64,000 nt of DNA from Amoebophrya sp. A120 (lineage: Eukaryota > Protista > Dinoflagellata), in the NCBI GenBank assembly GCA_905178155.1, contig CAJINV010000020.1, forward strand, positions 186,001 to 250,000, read 5' to 3'. A program made the translations under genes and the position numbers. Under the pieces are notes generated by a model. The model was not told where the DNA came from. It saw only the letters and a list, made by a program, of their open reading frames with translations, and did no database searches. Shown piece after piece: positions 11,301-24,647 of the stretch (position 1 is the stretch's first letter; each line of letters begins with the position of its first letter).

Positions 11301-14300
11301 GTCGCTGAAAAACAAAAACGGTCCGGGCGACCAATTTTGCATGAAGAGAAGGAGCCGCCGTGCACGCCTCGCCCCAATGGGCCCGCGGGGCCTCTCTACA
11401 GTCGTGTCACCACTGCTGAAGAACGGGGCGCGCGCGGGCTGCTATCGGAGGCGCCCCGCAAGAAAAAGGCGGGCCCCCGCAGCTGCCACAGCCCGTAGCT
11501 AGGGCAGGACGCAGGGCACTGCATACAGCGCCACAACCTGAAGGCCCGCCGCGGCGCCAACCGCTATGCACGCTTCTGGCCCCAGGTGAGACCAGACGGC
11601 TGGCCGCCCATGGTTCGCTACTTGCTCTCCTCCCGTGTCAGCGCCGCCGAATAGTCCTGCATCCTTACCTGGTTCTAAGTGACCGAAGCAGCCATAGCTA
11701 CTTTGACATCATGTTAAAAATCACAATGCAAAATCATAACAGGCACACAAGGACAAGTCGCGAGCCGCAGCACGGTGGAAACAAACTTTGTTCGTTTTTA
11801 CAAAAAAAAAAAATGGTGAGCCCTACACCAACAATGCTTTTCTCTTCAGTAGAAACACTCGAAAGGCTGTAGAAATTGCTACCCATAGTCGGCTCATGCC
11901 AAGAAAGCTACTAGGCTAGGACGGGCGTAGTTCGCGACCACACTACATGCGACCGCGCAATCCTGAAGCGCAATGGATTGGGGCGCACTGCTTCGCACTA
12001 CAGGAGAGCCAGAGTATAGGGCGGAATGACAACCGTATCATCCCGAAGAATGGAGCAAATCCGCCTTCCTCAGGCCGCCACACCGATCTCAGCTGCTTCG
12101 TTTCGGCTCTGCGCAGGCCCTCCGGGATTAAAACTCCGCAGCGTCCTCTGAGAAACTAGACTCCCTCCTTCGGGGCGGGTGGTCCGCGCGCTGCAAGAAC
12201 GCCTCGAAACACATCGTGGCGTCCGAGGCCCCCCAAGGATCTTCTCCCTGGAGGATCGACATCCCGGCACACATAACGTCCCTCGCGCAGCAGTTGAAGC
12301 AGCCCCAAGCGGACTGCACGAAAAGTTTGCAGGCCGCGGACGCAGTGTGTAAATCTGAAAACCCAATTTCAACCAATGTGAAAATCCAAAAAACCACGAC
12401 CTCACCTTGGCAGCGAAGCGATATAGAAGGCCTTGCACGCCGGCCAAGAAAGCCACGGAACTCGGACCCACGCGGCCCTCGACCCATGCTTTGAACTGGC
12501 TTCGCGCGAACCCGTCCAAGAAGCCTCCCGAAACACGGCGGCGACAGCGCAGCAGAAAAAAAAACGAAGCATGAAGGGAGTTGCCTGAAAATTGCATCCT
12601 CGCATCAAGCCATCCCTAAGAGCTCTAGTGGCTCCTGTCTTGTGTCCTCGGTGGCGCCGTCCCAGCACCACCACACACTGATCCGCGTCTTCCTGGAGAA
12701 GGCACGGCGCAGCAGAGAAGCATCACCTACTTCAGTTTTCGAAACAAGTTCTCTTTTGCTCAAGAATACGTAAGAGACAGCTGCTGCAACCGCTGTGACC
12801 AAAAAGCATTGCTTGCGAGCGTTGTCTTTGGTTGCCAAAGCTATCAATCTCTCGATTGCAGTCGGCAACTATCTATTCCTGATTCATGCCGAGATCTAGC
12901 ACTCACACAAACCTCGCCTCCTCGCGGCCATGATCTGCTGTCGGTCATTATGTGTCGTTTCCAACGGGGTGCTTTCTTCTCTTTCAAGACAGGCGTGCTC
13001 ATTCAACATCAGGCAACGAGAGAAAGAAATGTTGAAACCCCACATGCATAATTCTAAACTTGAATTTCATATAGGGAATAAGCGCGCAGCGTGTCAAAAA
13101 GTAGGAAAAAAGTATTAACATTCCTAAACACTTACAACAACATCAACACAAAAAATACTTGGCTGCACGTTGTGCTGCATTGTGAGCGCGCTGCTCTGCT
13201 TTCGACACCGTCGACTTTACCGCATCGAATGTGTCATGTGCGTTCGGCACCATTGTACCCGGATATGGTGCGAACCACTTCCCCATACCACACTTCCCAA
13301 CGCCCCCACTGCCATACGCTGGGAAAGTCCTTCCCCACCGGTGAGAAAGTGCTGCCCCAGTGACGGGGAAGTGGCGAATCCAGCCTCGACTTCCCAAGCG
13401 CCTGCTCTAATGCCCTGGTGTGCGTTGCCCACGGCAGCTGCGGATGTATCTCTAAGTATATGGCCGCCACCGTCCGGCAAATACAGGAGGGCGGACACGG
13501 AACGACACTGACAGACGGGGCGGGCAGTATTGCAAGGAAGCGCGAGGAGAGACATTGGGAACACGGCGGGGCCGCACTGCGGGGCAAGGGTGAAGGAATA
13601 ACGGAACAAGAGAAGGAGACATGACACACAGGGGGCGACAGTGAACAAAGGCAGCGCAAGGGAAAGGGAACCGCCAAGGCCAGCCGGCGCAGCGGGCGGC
13701 GCCCTCGCGCCTGCTGGCCTCGACGACCTAATCTCCGAAGCCTACGCTGTAGACTCTAAAAACGAACCAACCGGCCCGCAGCTCCATGCATCACCACTCC
13801 GGGTGCAGTGAGGTGATGCAAGGCAGGTGGGGGACGTGACGCAGGCGAAGTGAGGTAGTGACGCAGCTCCGGCGGTGATGCGTGGGGAAGTGGATCAAAG
13901 AGATGGGGAAGTGATTCACACCGTTACCATGACGCCCGCTGATGGTAATATACATGGGTAGCGCGAGGCCCTAGGTCCCTCAGGGAGCAAAGCTCCCCGG
14001 GCAGTCCCCAAGCAGCGGAAGCCCGCCCTTCGGGAAGAGGACTCCTCCGCGAAGGACGTAGGGCCCGGGGTCTCCCGCTTGGTCATCTCCCTGAAGGATC
14101 TAGGGCCGCCCGGTTTCCTGATATACCAGCCCCGACAGATGAAGCCACGCGTTGTAATGCGTGCTGTGGTTGTATGCGGGCGAACAGACCTGCCGCAAAA
14201 TTGCCACAAAATTGCACATAATTCGCGTTTTCCGGTGCAGAAACGCCATCCGAAAGCCGACCGGATCTTCCTCCGATCTCCATGCATGCCACAGGGCAGG

Positions 14301-14443
14301 TTTTCGCCTGGCAGTTTTCGGCAATGACCTGCCACTATTGCTGCCCCTCTTGGAGACCAGAAATAGAATTGCTGCCGCAATTGCTGCCACCATTGACTTT
14401 TCAGCTCACCTCTCTGACCAGGAGACCGGTCACTGAAAAAAAA

Positions 14444-14570
14444 AAACCTGCACACAATTTGCTGCCACAAGTGGCGCCACAATTGTGGCATCGAAATATC
14501 AGACACAGAGAATATTTTGTGCCGCAATGAATTGTGGCACCAATTGTGGCAGCAAATTGTGCGCAGGTTT
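14444..14570. repeat. 127-bp fold-back with 41-bp inverted arms (MITE-like)
   Basis: AAACCTGCACACAATTTGCTGCCACAAGTGGCGCCACAATT (14444-14484) pairs with 14530-14570 with a few mismatches; inner segment also self-complementary. Confidence 0.8.
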
Positions 14571-14595
14571 ATTGCGCGAGCAAAAAACTTGTCCG

Positions 14596-14675
14596 GGTGG
14601 TTGGCAAGGTGGCTGGGGAGGTGGCCGGGAAGGTGGCTGGGAAAGTGGCACGGAGGGTGTCTCGGAAGGTGGATG
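14596..14675. repeat. 12-bp imperfect tandem repeat
   Basis: GGTGGCTGGGAA-like unit about 6 times. Confidence 0.75.
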
Positions 14676-14748
14676 AGGGGTCTCCGAATCACAGCCACCG
14701 GATGAGCCGGTGCACGCCCCCTCTCGGGCAATGTGGTAGCTAACAAAA

Positions 14749-17383
14749 CTAGCACGCGCGCTCTTGAACCCACGTTGCTATCGAGGCTACTGCTATGTAT
14801 CCGGGAGGGGCCAGGCACCTACTCACTAGGCAAAGTATGTGCAATTTTTGTGCAGAAATCTGTGTACAATTTTGCCCCGGCTTATTATTATGCGTTTCAG
14901 GAGATTGCTCTGCCTTTTTCGTGCCGGAGCCGGTCAGGGAGCTAGTTGCCCAGCGAAAGCGCGCCCTCATTTCCAATTCACTCCCTGCGTCGGCACTACC
15001 TTCCCCGTCCGCGTGGCCTCGCTCGCCTTTGTCCGTGGAGCTGCTTCCGCTAGAGTCTTGCTCCGCCCCGTTGCTGCCACCAGCCGCCCCGCCGACCTTC
15101 TGCTTCACCTGCTCGTCACCCCCGTCTTCCGACGCTAACGCGTTTTTACTTTCGGCTCGACTCGCCTGTCCCGCCTTCTTCCCGCCGTCCAACGCGGCAT
15201 CTTGGGAAGGTGCGCTGTCTTCGCTTGATTTCATACCATTTTTTTTCGAGTTTTCCGGCGTTTTTCCGTCGGTGTCGGAAGCCGCTTGACCACCGGTTTC
15301 CGCCTCCGTGGAAGTTTTCGTGGAACTGCTCGAGGCACTTGTTCCAGCGGCGTCTGAAGCCAGGCCTCCATTTGCGTCATAGGAATCGTCTTTGTCGACT
15401 GCAGATCCGGTGGCGTCATGGCTGCTTGACTCCGGAAGCTCCTCCGCAGCGGCGCCAGGAGTGTGGTGCGAAGATGAAGTAGAAGGCATATGAAAACTAA
15501 ATTTCCCCGTGCCATCCCGCGGATCAGTACTTCATGAGCTAACACACTGCAAAACGTCGTAAACACAAACAGGCTTCCAACGCACTGCGCTTTCTTTGTA
15601 CTTTACTTCTGTAGCATCAATTATAATTAACAAACATAGCATGACAATAATTCCTTTGTTTAGCTGAAACCACATGGTACACAGAATGCGGAGCTCTAGC
15701 ACCAGCACGATCTTCGTCGCTACTACAAGCCTGACCTTCATCATGACTACTTCAAATACCAACTCGTTGCTACGCAGCAACGACGTCTCTATGGCCGAAA
15801 AAGGGGTCGGAAAAGTTCCCACGTCCGTAGGACATCTCATCAGAACCAGCTGCAGTCGAGTGGTGCTCGTTCTTCATCGTCCCGTCGTCATCACCTTCAG
15901 CCGAAGTGGATGACTTCTTTTCCTCGCTAGAAGCAACTTGCAGTATGCGAGAAAAAACCATCTTCATCAGTGTCCTCTGTAGGGACCGTCTTTCGCAAAC
16001 AAACGTAGCGCGCTCACCTGCAATGCAAATTACAACTTCGAAGTGCTTGCCGATATCTACTTAAGTATGTGCGTGTTCGTTGGTACGCACGGGATCGTTT
16101 ACTACACGGCCCAAGATAGCTTGATCTTCGACGTAGGAAACACCCTAGCACCATGATCTAGCATGTCCTCTCTCATGCCCAACACATTTTTCGTGGCCGT
16201 GCTCTGTCCAGCAGGTTTTTCTATCATTAGATTGACAACCTTCTTTTCTCGATTGGATAGGTTTGGTTTCATCCGCGTCATCACCCTCGCGTTTCTCGCT
16301 AGCGGTATCGCCACCATGCTTCTTCCCGTCCTTGGCGTCAACGGCGTCAGTTTTTTCCTCCGACGATGCAGAAGTTGTGCTCGGCGCAGTGGTGTCTTCC
16401 GTCTCCGTCTTCGTAGTCGAATCCGCGTGGTCATCAGTGGACGACGACGTAGCAGTCTTTTTCACATCAGACTTCTCGTTTTTTTTCCCCGCACCCGCAG
16501 CCAGGTCCGCTTTATCGTCTTTCGACGAGGAGCTTTTTTTCGACTCGGCGGGCGCATTCTCGTCGGAACTGGATGAACTTGCCTGCCCTGACGAGGACAA
16601 AGACACTGTTGTATGGCGTACTTAGACGTATTAGATTCGACCGTGGGGACAACGACAGGAAGCTTTTGATTGCAAATTTGCGTGCGTGATCTATCAGCTA
16701 CATTTTATTTACTGGTGTAGGTACATGACAAGTTGTGGCTTCCATAACCGCTGCATGGCATTGTGCACAATAAGCGTCACTAGAAACCCGTATTCTTGAT
16801 ACATTGAACGCAGGCACAGACGCAACTCCTTAGGGCAACGTTCCGCCAATGCAGTATCAGGTGGAGGTAAATGAATTTCCAACGTAGTGATTGCAAAACG
16901 TAGAAGACTCGCTGCATCAGGATGCTCTCGACGAGCACTTGCTCGTGTGTGTTTTTTTTCCAATCGAAACTCTGGCTGAGCAGCGTGGTTGCGGAGGTTG
17001 CCTCTCATGCAATACAACACGAGCAGGATGGCCCTCACTATGTTGTCCAAGAAGTTTGACGCGTCACGTCCAAGCTAGCCATACACCTCTTTAGTGGATT
17101 TGTCCTTTTTCTCGGCCTCCGAGGTGTCCGTGACCTTGTCCACCTTGTGCTCCTCCTCGTCTTTCCCAGGTGCTTTATCAGCCACGATTTTCTGCTTCGG
17201 GTTCGATTCTGACGTACCAGCACCCTCATCGTGCCGGATCGCGGCCACCAGCGGCACGCCCGTCCAGCCCCCGAATGTCAACCCACCGGACGTCGCTAGG
17301 GTAAAACCGAGGATAAACCTCCGACAGACGCAGGCCAGGTTTTTTACCGGCATCCACGAAGAGATAACCCCTGCAGCAGTCAT
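14749..17383 (-). CDS. Ser/Asp/Glu/Lys-rich low-complexity protein, possibly secreted; multi-exon, ends uncertain
   Basis: Four compositionally similar minus-strand ORFs (17075-17383, 16145-16606, 15770-15967, 14749-15489); hydrophobic segment FILGFTLATSGGLTFGGWTGVPLVAA at the N-terminus. Confidence 0.5.
15944..16259. mobile_element. Possible degenerate introner
   Basis: Ends TATGCGAGAAAAAA / TATCCAATCGAGAAAA; removal + 5 nt is in frame (TK-QVASS), but a GT-AG alternative also fits. Confidence 0.35.
16612..17083. mobile_element. Degenerate introner
   Basis: TIR TATGGCGTACTTAGACGT / TATGGCTAGCTTGGACGT; removal + 5 nt joins KEV-VSLSSSG in frame. Confidence 0.6.
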
Positions 17384-19952
17384 TGTGCCTGCAGCTTACG
17401 CTCGTACAACCCGGAGCTGCACGTTGGCAGTTGGTGTCGTTCACAGTTGGATCCAGCACAAAAGTGATCCCGTCACACGTCGGCCGGCGAAGTCCCTGCT
17501 CGGACACCAGGGTCCGGCGGTACGTACCGTACCGGGGTCCGGGTTCAAAATACGGGTCCGTTGTTCGAAACAAATCGGTGTGGACAAAACAAAAATCAAG
17601 CAGTTTCAGTCATTCCCCCGTCCCGCGGGACGAGGATCCGTAGACATGTTCGAAATGGAAGTTGGCCCCTCACTCTACTTTCTTATGTCTTTTTGTACAG
17701 TAGATCTGGCGTGCGTTCGCATGATGGATCGGCACACTTGAGCGCCTTTTCGTTGTTCTATCAGTGCTGTACTGCGAACGGGTCTACAGGGGGGAGCGCC
17801 AGCATCGCAACGCATAGTTGCAATGAGTCAACATAATTGAAGACTCCGCGCAATTTGTAAGCTTTCATCTTTCGCCACAAACTAACAGTGCGCGAGCAGG
17901 TGCAGGCAGACTATTTTCATTCATTCTCGTACATTCCATGCTCCTCCCCAAGAGCTTCGATACATCAAACAGCTACTTTCAAAAGTCTTTTTCTGCAACT
18001 GCAGTGACTGTTTTGCGCGACTAAAGTGCGATTAATCTTCTGCGCGTGCTGTTTACATCCATCTACTGCGAGTCAACTACTTACATGTTCGTCGATGCAT
18101 ACACTCTCGCACAACTTGAACTTGCTGCTTTTGCTCTTGGACGCCGCCCGAAGAAATGTCATGCACAAAGGTGCCAGGGCATCATCGAAGTAGAGTGAGG
18201 GGCACTACTGAAAACTTGCGGTCGATAAAATTTGTTCTTCATGCATCGCATTTAGGTCCCAACATCTCAACTATTTTACTCCTACAGGTGTTTGGTATCG
18301 CATTTTATGACTTTCTTCGAAATCACAGTGGGTACATTTTCAAACTTGTAGAACCAGTGTGCTGTGATCGCAAAATTTTCTCCACTCGTAACGGAACAGA
18401 GAGGTGAAAATCAGGAGGAGGAGTGACTTCTACTGCACAAGAACAGCTCAACAGGTCGCTAGTGAAACAACTCTCATCGCTCGTCTCTGGTGCATAGTTC
18501 AATGTGAAAGTCAAGGTCGTTGTGAATGACCTGAGAAATAATGCGCGTTTGATTTTGTTTTTCAACTTCGCAAAGAATAAGAAAGCTGAACTCTTCTACT
18601 TATACACAAACAGCGCATGATGAAAGACTGTCTCCTGACAAATACAGAAGTTGTGAAGAACAATCTGTGATTTGCATAGCACGATCGAGATACATATTCA
18701 TCCACAGCACCAGTCGTCCGCGAGGTAGATTTCTCGCACTTTGCGGATTCACGCTTCACGTTTTCTAGATTTGAGCTATTGCAAAGCCCATGCGTCGGGC
18801 AAGAGGCTGGCATGTAACCCACACTGCAAGTACGAAGGACTTCGTTCGTAAGTGATGGACTAGATTCCATTGATTTGCGTGAAGTTTCGTGGACGAAGCT
18901 GAAGCTTGTGTCAACGAACGATCGTCGCTATGAAGCATTTCTGCGAGAATGCGCCAGGAACCGGCGGGTCGACGTTTGATCGTGTTGATGCCCGTGATGC
19001 CCTCACGAGCGACGTATGGAGGTTTGCAACAATTTTTTTTAGTGCCTTCTATCATCACCTCTGACTGTAGTTTGCCTTTTTTTTCTACACGCTCTACGAA
19101 ATTTGGCACGTAGAAATGGTGACTCTGACTTCGATTTGGTGCTAGAACAAACAAACGCGCAGCAAGTGTCTCCTTATCGAAAAGATGCTTCCTTTCTGGC
19201 ACTGTTCAGCCCTCTCCAGATGCTCGTTGGCCTATCCCTTTTTTGCAAATCTTCATGCGTCTATGCGCACTGAATCAAGGAGGGCCAGCCTAGACTGCGT
19301 TTTAAACTCGGAATTCATCCGGCATTCTGAGTCAGTAACTCAAAAGCAGCATCATGGCGTTTGTAACTTCACAGAAGATGCAAATTGAACGTCTGTAAGA
19401 TGAAGGGGAAGTACGCAATCAAAAGTGCACGTGATGCGATGATGGACTGAGACTGAGAAAACAAAGTTGCGTGATGCATACGCAGCAGCGGTTCCAGCTG
19501 TTTGGCGTCCCATATGTCTTCGGTCGTGTTATGCAAGCGAGTCGTGTTTTTCTTGAAGTGACGCGGCTGATGCACTCATTCATGAAATCGTGTAGATAGC
19601 AAAACATGCTCCGAGCTATGCGGGCTCAAAATGTTCATTGGCAGAATGTGTTTGCCATGGCGCTTGTTGTGAGTTTCGTTTTTCTTCTTTTTCTGATTCA
19701 GTGGTAGCACATCCACTTTCAACTTGCTTGTTTTCTCAGCGTGCTATATCACCACTTGCCTGAGTAATGTTGAATGGTTCTCGACGCTAACTGAGTAAGT
19801 GGATCGTAGAAAGCAAGGCAGCGCTCTGTCTGTTTTATTACCTACGTTCTATCCATCAAGAGCTAAATTGAATAAAATTCCAACTACCTAGTACCGTTGA
19901 TGCAAGACATAACCCATCGCGCACAGCAGTTCTTCTTAGGTCTTTCTCTTTG

Positions 19953-22900
19953 TCACACAATTTCAAGAAATAGCAGAACACTCTTTTCTTTTCCTTCATA
20001 GTGTCCCATCGTGTGTTTGTAGCGCGAGACCTCACCCGGCGTCAGCCGGTCGGCGTCCCAATTCAAGCTGCTGCCCCGCCGCCGCCGCTTTACTGGCACG
20101 TTGTCCGCCCCGAAGATGGTCGCCAGGTCCGGGTTGACGACATCGGTTCCGAAAATGGTATCGGGGTCGTACCGGCTCTGCTCCAGCACCCGTGGTAGCC
20201 AATCGTCGCACCTAAGCACGGACAACAGTTGTAAAGCAAGGCAGGCATTAACACACTTAATTATAATTGTCTTCGGACACCAAAGGTCAACAGACAGGAG
20301 TCCGTCCGTAAAAATAGACGCACGGCTCGATTTTTTGACAACAACCGGCGTTGATGGCGTTGATGTACTAACGTTATCGAGGAAAATCTACGTACAAGTT
20401 GCGGCTGTGGCCACTGTGTCAAGATCAAATGGCTCTTGGATGGGTTCAGCGAACTTTCAGCTTTTCTCCGCACGAGGACGGGGCATGTTATATGATTTTT
20501 TTGTCAGCCGGCGGCCTTAGCGTCAGTGACTGATGTGCTCATCTCATACATATGATCATGTTTCGCGGTGCGATTAAAATGTTCGACAAATAAAGCTTCA
20601 GCTTCAGGAAAAACTAAAAATGCTCAACAGCAGTCTGCGACTTAAGTCGTGCTTACATCCATCGCAGATTCTGCGAAAGAAGAACCAATGTTACAACATC
20701 AGCTCGATGATGATACGAAATTTCATGCATGCAGCAAAAAACACATCGGCTCTAGCCTGGAAAATCATGTCCTCTTCGAAGGAACGGAGTTTTTTTGCAG
20801 AAAGGAATCTCTGTCACATCTGCTTGCTGCACTCACATGCATCACAAGAGCATGAGTTTCTGCACAGGTACTGCTTTCCGTACTGCTTCTATGTATTTTC
20901 AGTTCCATGAGTGAAACAATTGGTACTTACCATTTTGGAATGCGTTTGTGGCTGCGGTCCGGAGACTCGTCGGAATCCTCTTCGCCATCGGAGGAGGCCC
21001 GCTCTGACACTTCGTAGTCCTGTATCATGCTGAAAAATTCATTCGCTTTCGTACTTCTGAGGCAGCATCAAATTTTTCTGCTTGTTGTTCCTCACTTGGA
21101 AGACCACGAACTCCAATTCGTTCCTATCACGTTCAAGCAGCAAATGGATCATGTAGCCGCCGAGAATCAAGAATCGTGAATAAACGAACGCACAAAGAAG
21201 TGAAGCATCGCAGATATTGAAGACGAGTTTTTAACTGTATCGCGTTATTTGTGCCTCACATAGAGCTGCAAATTGAAGAATCTTCCGCAGGATAGTGTCC
21301 TCGTCCCGTTTGCTGCCTCGAATGATGCAACGCCGTCTCTGCATCTCACGGTGGTCCAGTTTCTGGCAGGCGAAGGACGCCGGATCCACGTTGGTGAGCT
21401 CGATGCTGGATATGGAAGCGCCAGGATCGCAATCAACAAAATCGAAATAATTTGCGATGCATAAAATCGATACCAGTTGGAATCTCAGTTTCCAGGTGGC
21501 ACATGACAAATTGCGGGAGCACCAAAATCCAGTCAGTCATGCTCCTTGGGCAAAGGAGACTGCTCCTGTCATGCTACCCTGGCAGTACATGGTTACTGCC
21601 AAACAGGCTTGCAATCGGTCTCATTTGCCTCCTCCCCAATACAGGCCTTACGTGCCCTACATTGTTTTATGCATGACAAACTTTTTCGATTTGGACGATT
21701 TCGATCCTGACACTCCCATACTAGAGGTGAGCAGCGTCGTGTCGTCCGTCAGCTTATTCAGATCCACCGACAGTGTCTGGTCGCCCGCAGCTTCCGCGGG
21801 TCTCGAATCTGGAAAATTGGATAGATTTTTTTCTGCGACACTCGCCGAGACTGTCTCGAGGTTCTGGTCCACGTGCTGCTCCACTTCCATGCCAGAAGCC
21901 CCGTCTTGTTCCGTACCAGATGGAGCGGGTACCGAAACGGCCAGTGGCGGCGCACCAACGGGATCATGTTCTGAAGGGACGATGCGTTGCTGGTCGGTAG
22001 ACGGTTGATCCTGTGCGTCGGCGTGCAGAGCTTTTTGCTCAGGGGGCGCATTCAACTTCATTCTACCCGATGCGGAACTTGACTCACTGGGACCAGCACT
22101 TCCATCGGGAACTGGCGGCTCGGAAGTATTGGCAAACGCTGCTTTCGAGGATGACCAACTACTGATGTGTTTTTCATTGATAATTCAACAAGCGGCTCCA
22201 GACATTCACGGCGCGTAGAATTCGAGCGAGATAATGTACCGAAAACTTGCTGTTGAACTTGAAGTCAAAATAGTAGCACCCTAAACCTCCAAAACGACTT
22301 CGGATAATATCTATACGTCTCTGCAGCTCCTCCCCCTTCCTCGTCTAGCATTTCGACATCCATGCTGGCGTCTGCGAGTCTGATTTCTTCTAGAACCTTC
22401 CCCGACTGCTCCTGTTTCTTCAACATCTGGCCCCCTCTAGCTCTAGTATCCCGCTCCGCCGACCCGGTCATCTGCTGAAATTTCGGACTGCTGTTCTTCG
22501 GGAAGCGAATGGCGCTGTTCTGAATCTCGTCGATGCGGGCTTGGAACGCCTTCACACGCTCCGAAATCGCGGCGCAGGGGGTCCGGGGTCGGGGGGTACG
22601 GTCGACATGGAGTGTCCGGCCCAACGGGGAGGCATGATGCGTCGTTGGCCTTGATTCGTTTTTTCTCTGCTCCCGGTCCGACTGGTCGTGTATTTTTCCT
22701 TTCGTGGAAGAGGAAGATGGCTCCGGCAGCTTAGCTTCCACTACCATTTCATTGGCAGAATGACAATTTCCAGGAACAGCACAATCTTGCTCACCCAGCC
22801 AGCCCTGGTCCTGTCTTTTCGCTTTTGCATCGCACTGCGAGGTTTGCCGCGGTTCCCTACCTCCTGCTTCGACCGTCCTGTCGGATTGTTGACCTGCTGG

Positions 22901-24647
22901 TCGAATCACGGCACCACCGGTAGTACCGTCGATGATTCGCATGGTACTATCGCCATTCCGATCTACTTCGAAGACGCGGTTATTACAACTCGATGCACCA
23001 GTAGAAGACGCCTGCTGTGACGCTGCCACGACTTCTTGCGGCCAAGAAGTACCTTTTTGCAACACTGTAGTCTGCGGCTGCGGCTGTGACTGTGGCTGTC
23101 TCGTATGATGTAGTACCTCCGCAATGCCAAAATCCTGCTGCATCGCGAACCGTGCGGAAATCAATCTGGACTGCGACGACGAGGTAGACGCGGAGCCGGC
23201 CGTGCATCCGGGCTTCACAGCAGTTCCTGTATTGTTCATCCTCATCCCTCCTGCATTCCCGCTCTTCACAGCGGTAGAGGATGCCGACCGTGGCTGCAGG
23301 GGCGGTTTCGATACCACGTGTGACCGCAACGTTTCCATGGACGCCGCACGCACGGCTGTGGAGGAGGAAGAGCCGCCGGCGCCGGATGTATTAAGAGACG
23401 GATTTTTTCCTGCTGCTGTTGAAGACCCGGAAGGGAAACCTGCCCCAGAAATCATGTTGCCGGCTGTGCTGCCAGTAGCGCTGGTACCACTATGTTGGTG
23501 TGCTGCTCCTACTGCACCAAGTTGGTGATTCGCGCCGTCTTTCTGCTGCTGGAAAAGAACCTGCAGATGACTTCCCGGTCGAGTAGTGCCCGAGCTGGTG
23601 CCGAAAAACGCACTCGAAGTGGTAGACTCCAAGACCGTGCTGGCCATCGTGGCCTTATCAAATGCAAAAATGTCTGGGTCTGGAAGATTAGAACTGGTCA
23701 TGCCAAATCCGGATGATGCAAAAATCTGTGTTGCGTGTGTGCCAAAAGCTGTCCGCTTTTGACCAAATTGGGAGGGAGTTTCTCATGCAGGAAAGGCATG
23801 AGAGAGACCTCAAAGGGTCTGTCATGCTAGGTCTCGCATTCCAGACCTCCTGGCTCATGCAAAACGTGCATGACAAGTCTCAGAATCTTCCAAACCCAGA
23901 CATTTTTGCAATCCATAGGCCTGCGTCGCGCACAACTGTTGGTCCGCTGCTGCCTGGCTGTGCGTGCCGAATTCGCCCAGCTTGCGCTCCGCCGGCTTGC
24001 CTAACAGATTCTCCTGCACACGCGTCACGTGCCGCTCCAGCACTTCGGTGACCTGTGGGAGGAATGATTTGTTTGCTTTTTCTTTTTCGGCGGCACACGC
24101 CGGGCTGCGTCCTCCTGCTTCTGCTTCTACAGTGACAAGTAAAAAAATTTTCACTGTTTCTACCTTCAGACACGAATCGGAATCAGCAGAATCAATCATT
24201 GTAAAAACGAAACAAAGAAGTACTGTACATCCTTATCCAGCTGTTCGCGATGCAGCCGCTCGAGGATCCGGGGCCGCAGACAGGACAAAATCTTATCGTC
24301 GCTGCTGTTGCTGGCTGTGTGCACCACACTGGCCAGCTGGTGCTTAGTTTCCTGCAGTTGCCGCCGACACCACGCACTGTCCCGCTGGATGGCGCGGCTT
24401 GTGCAGGTGCGCACATCGTGCAGAAAATCTATGCAATACAAATCTTATTCCGTACACGACGTACCAAATGCATCACAAATTTCGCCAAGTTGGAGCATAC
24501 CATTTGTCATGCAGAATAGGGCTGGGGAAAATTTTTATCATGCAGAGACCGCGTTTGTAAATCGTCGTGTTCTACTTCGGGAATAAATTTCCTGTGGATA
24601 GGATCCACGATTACACAATGAATCGGATCCGGATCCTCTACCTCCAT
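19953..24647 (-). CDS. INCENP: INCENP-like protein 1 (Aurora-binding IN-box)
   Basis: C-terminus DNYEVSE…DESPDRSHKRIPKWCDDW…DPDTIFG…PDLATIFG…RRRRGSSLNWDADRLTPGEVSRYK. Four introners (24430, 23656, 21411, 21023) plus GT-AG introns (24053-24228, ~22162-22318, 20212-20930). Confidence 0.75.
21023..21294. mobile_element. Degenerate introner
   Basis: TIR TATCATGCTGAAAAATTC / TATCCTGCGGAAGATTC; removal + 5 nt gives KRDEDNYEVSE, matching paralogue KRQEDNYELSD. Confidence 0.7.
21411..21720. mobile_element. Introner family D (long TIR of about 55 bp)
   Basis: TATGGAAGCGCCAGGATCG…GATGCATAAAA vs inverted TATGGGAGTGTCAGGATCG…CATGCATAAAA; TSD CTGGA/CTAGA; in-frame join LTSS-IELTN. Confidence 0.85.
23656..23917. 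mobile_element. Introner family A
   Basis: TIR TGCAAAAATGTCTGGGT(C/T)TGGAAGATT; perfect TSD GGCCT; join CATQA-TMAST. Confidence 0.92.
24430..24600. mobile_element. Degenerate introner
   Basis: TIR TATGCAATACAAATCTTATTCCG / TATCCACAGGAAATTTATTCCCG; flanks AAATC/GGATC; join VIVD-LLHDV matches paralogue VEDLLSDV. Confidence 0.75.

Noticed and set aside
17800-19900. Several 100-145 aa ORFs (e.g. 18765-19202)
   Set aside because: No recognisable motif, introner boundaries or consistent exon chain; left unannotated.
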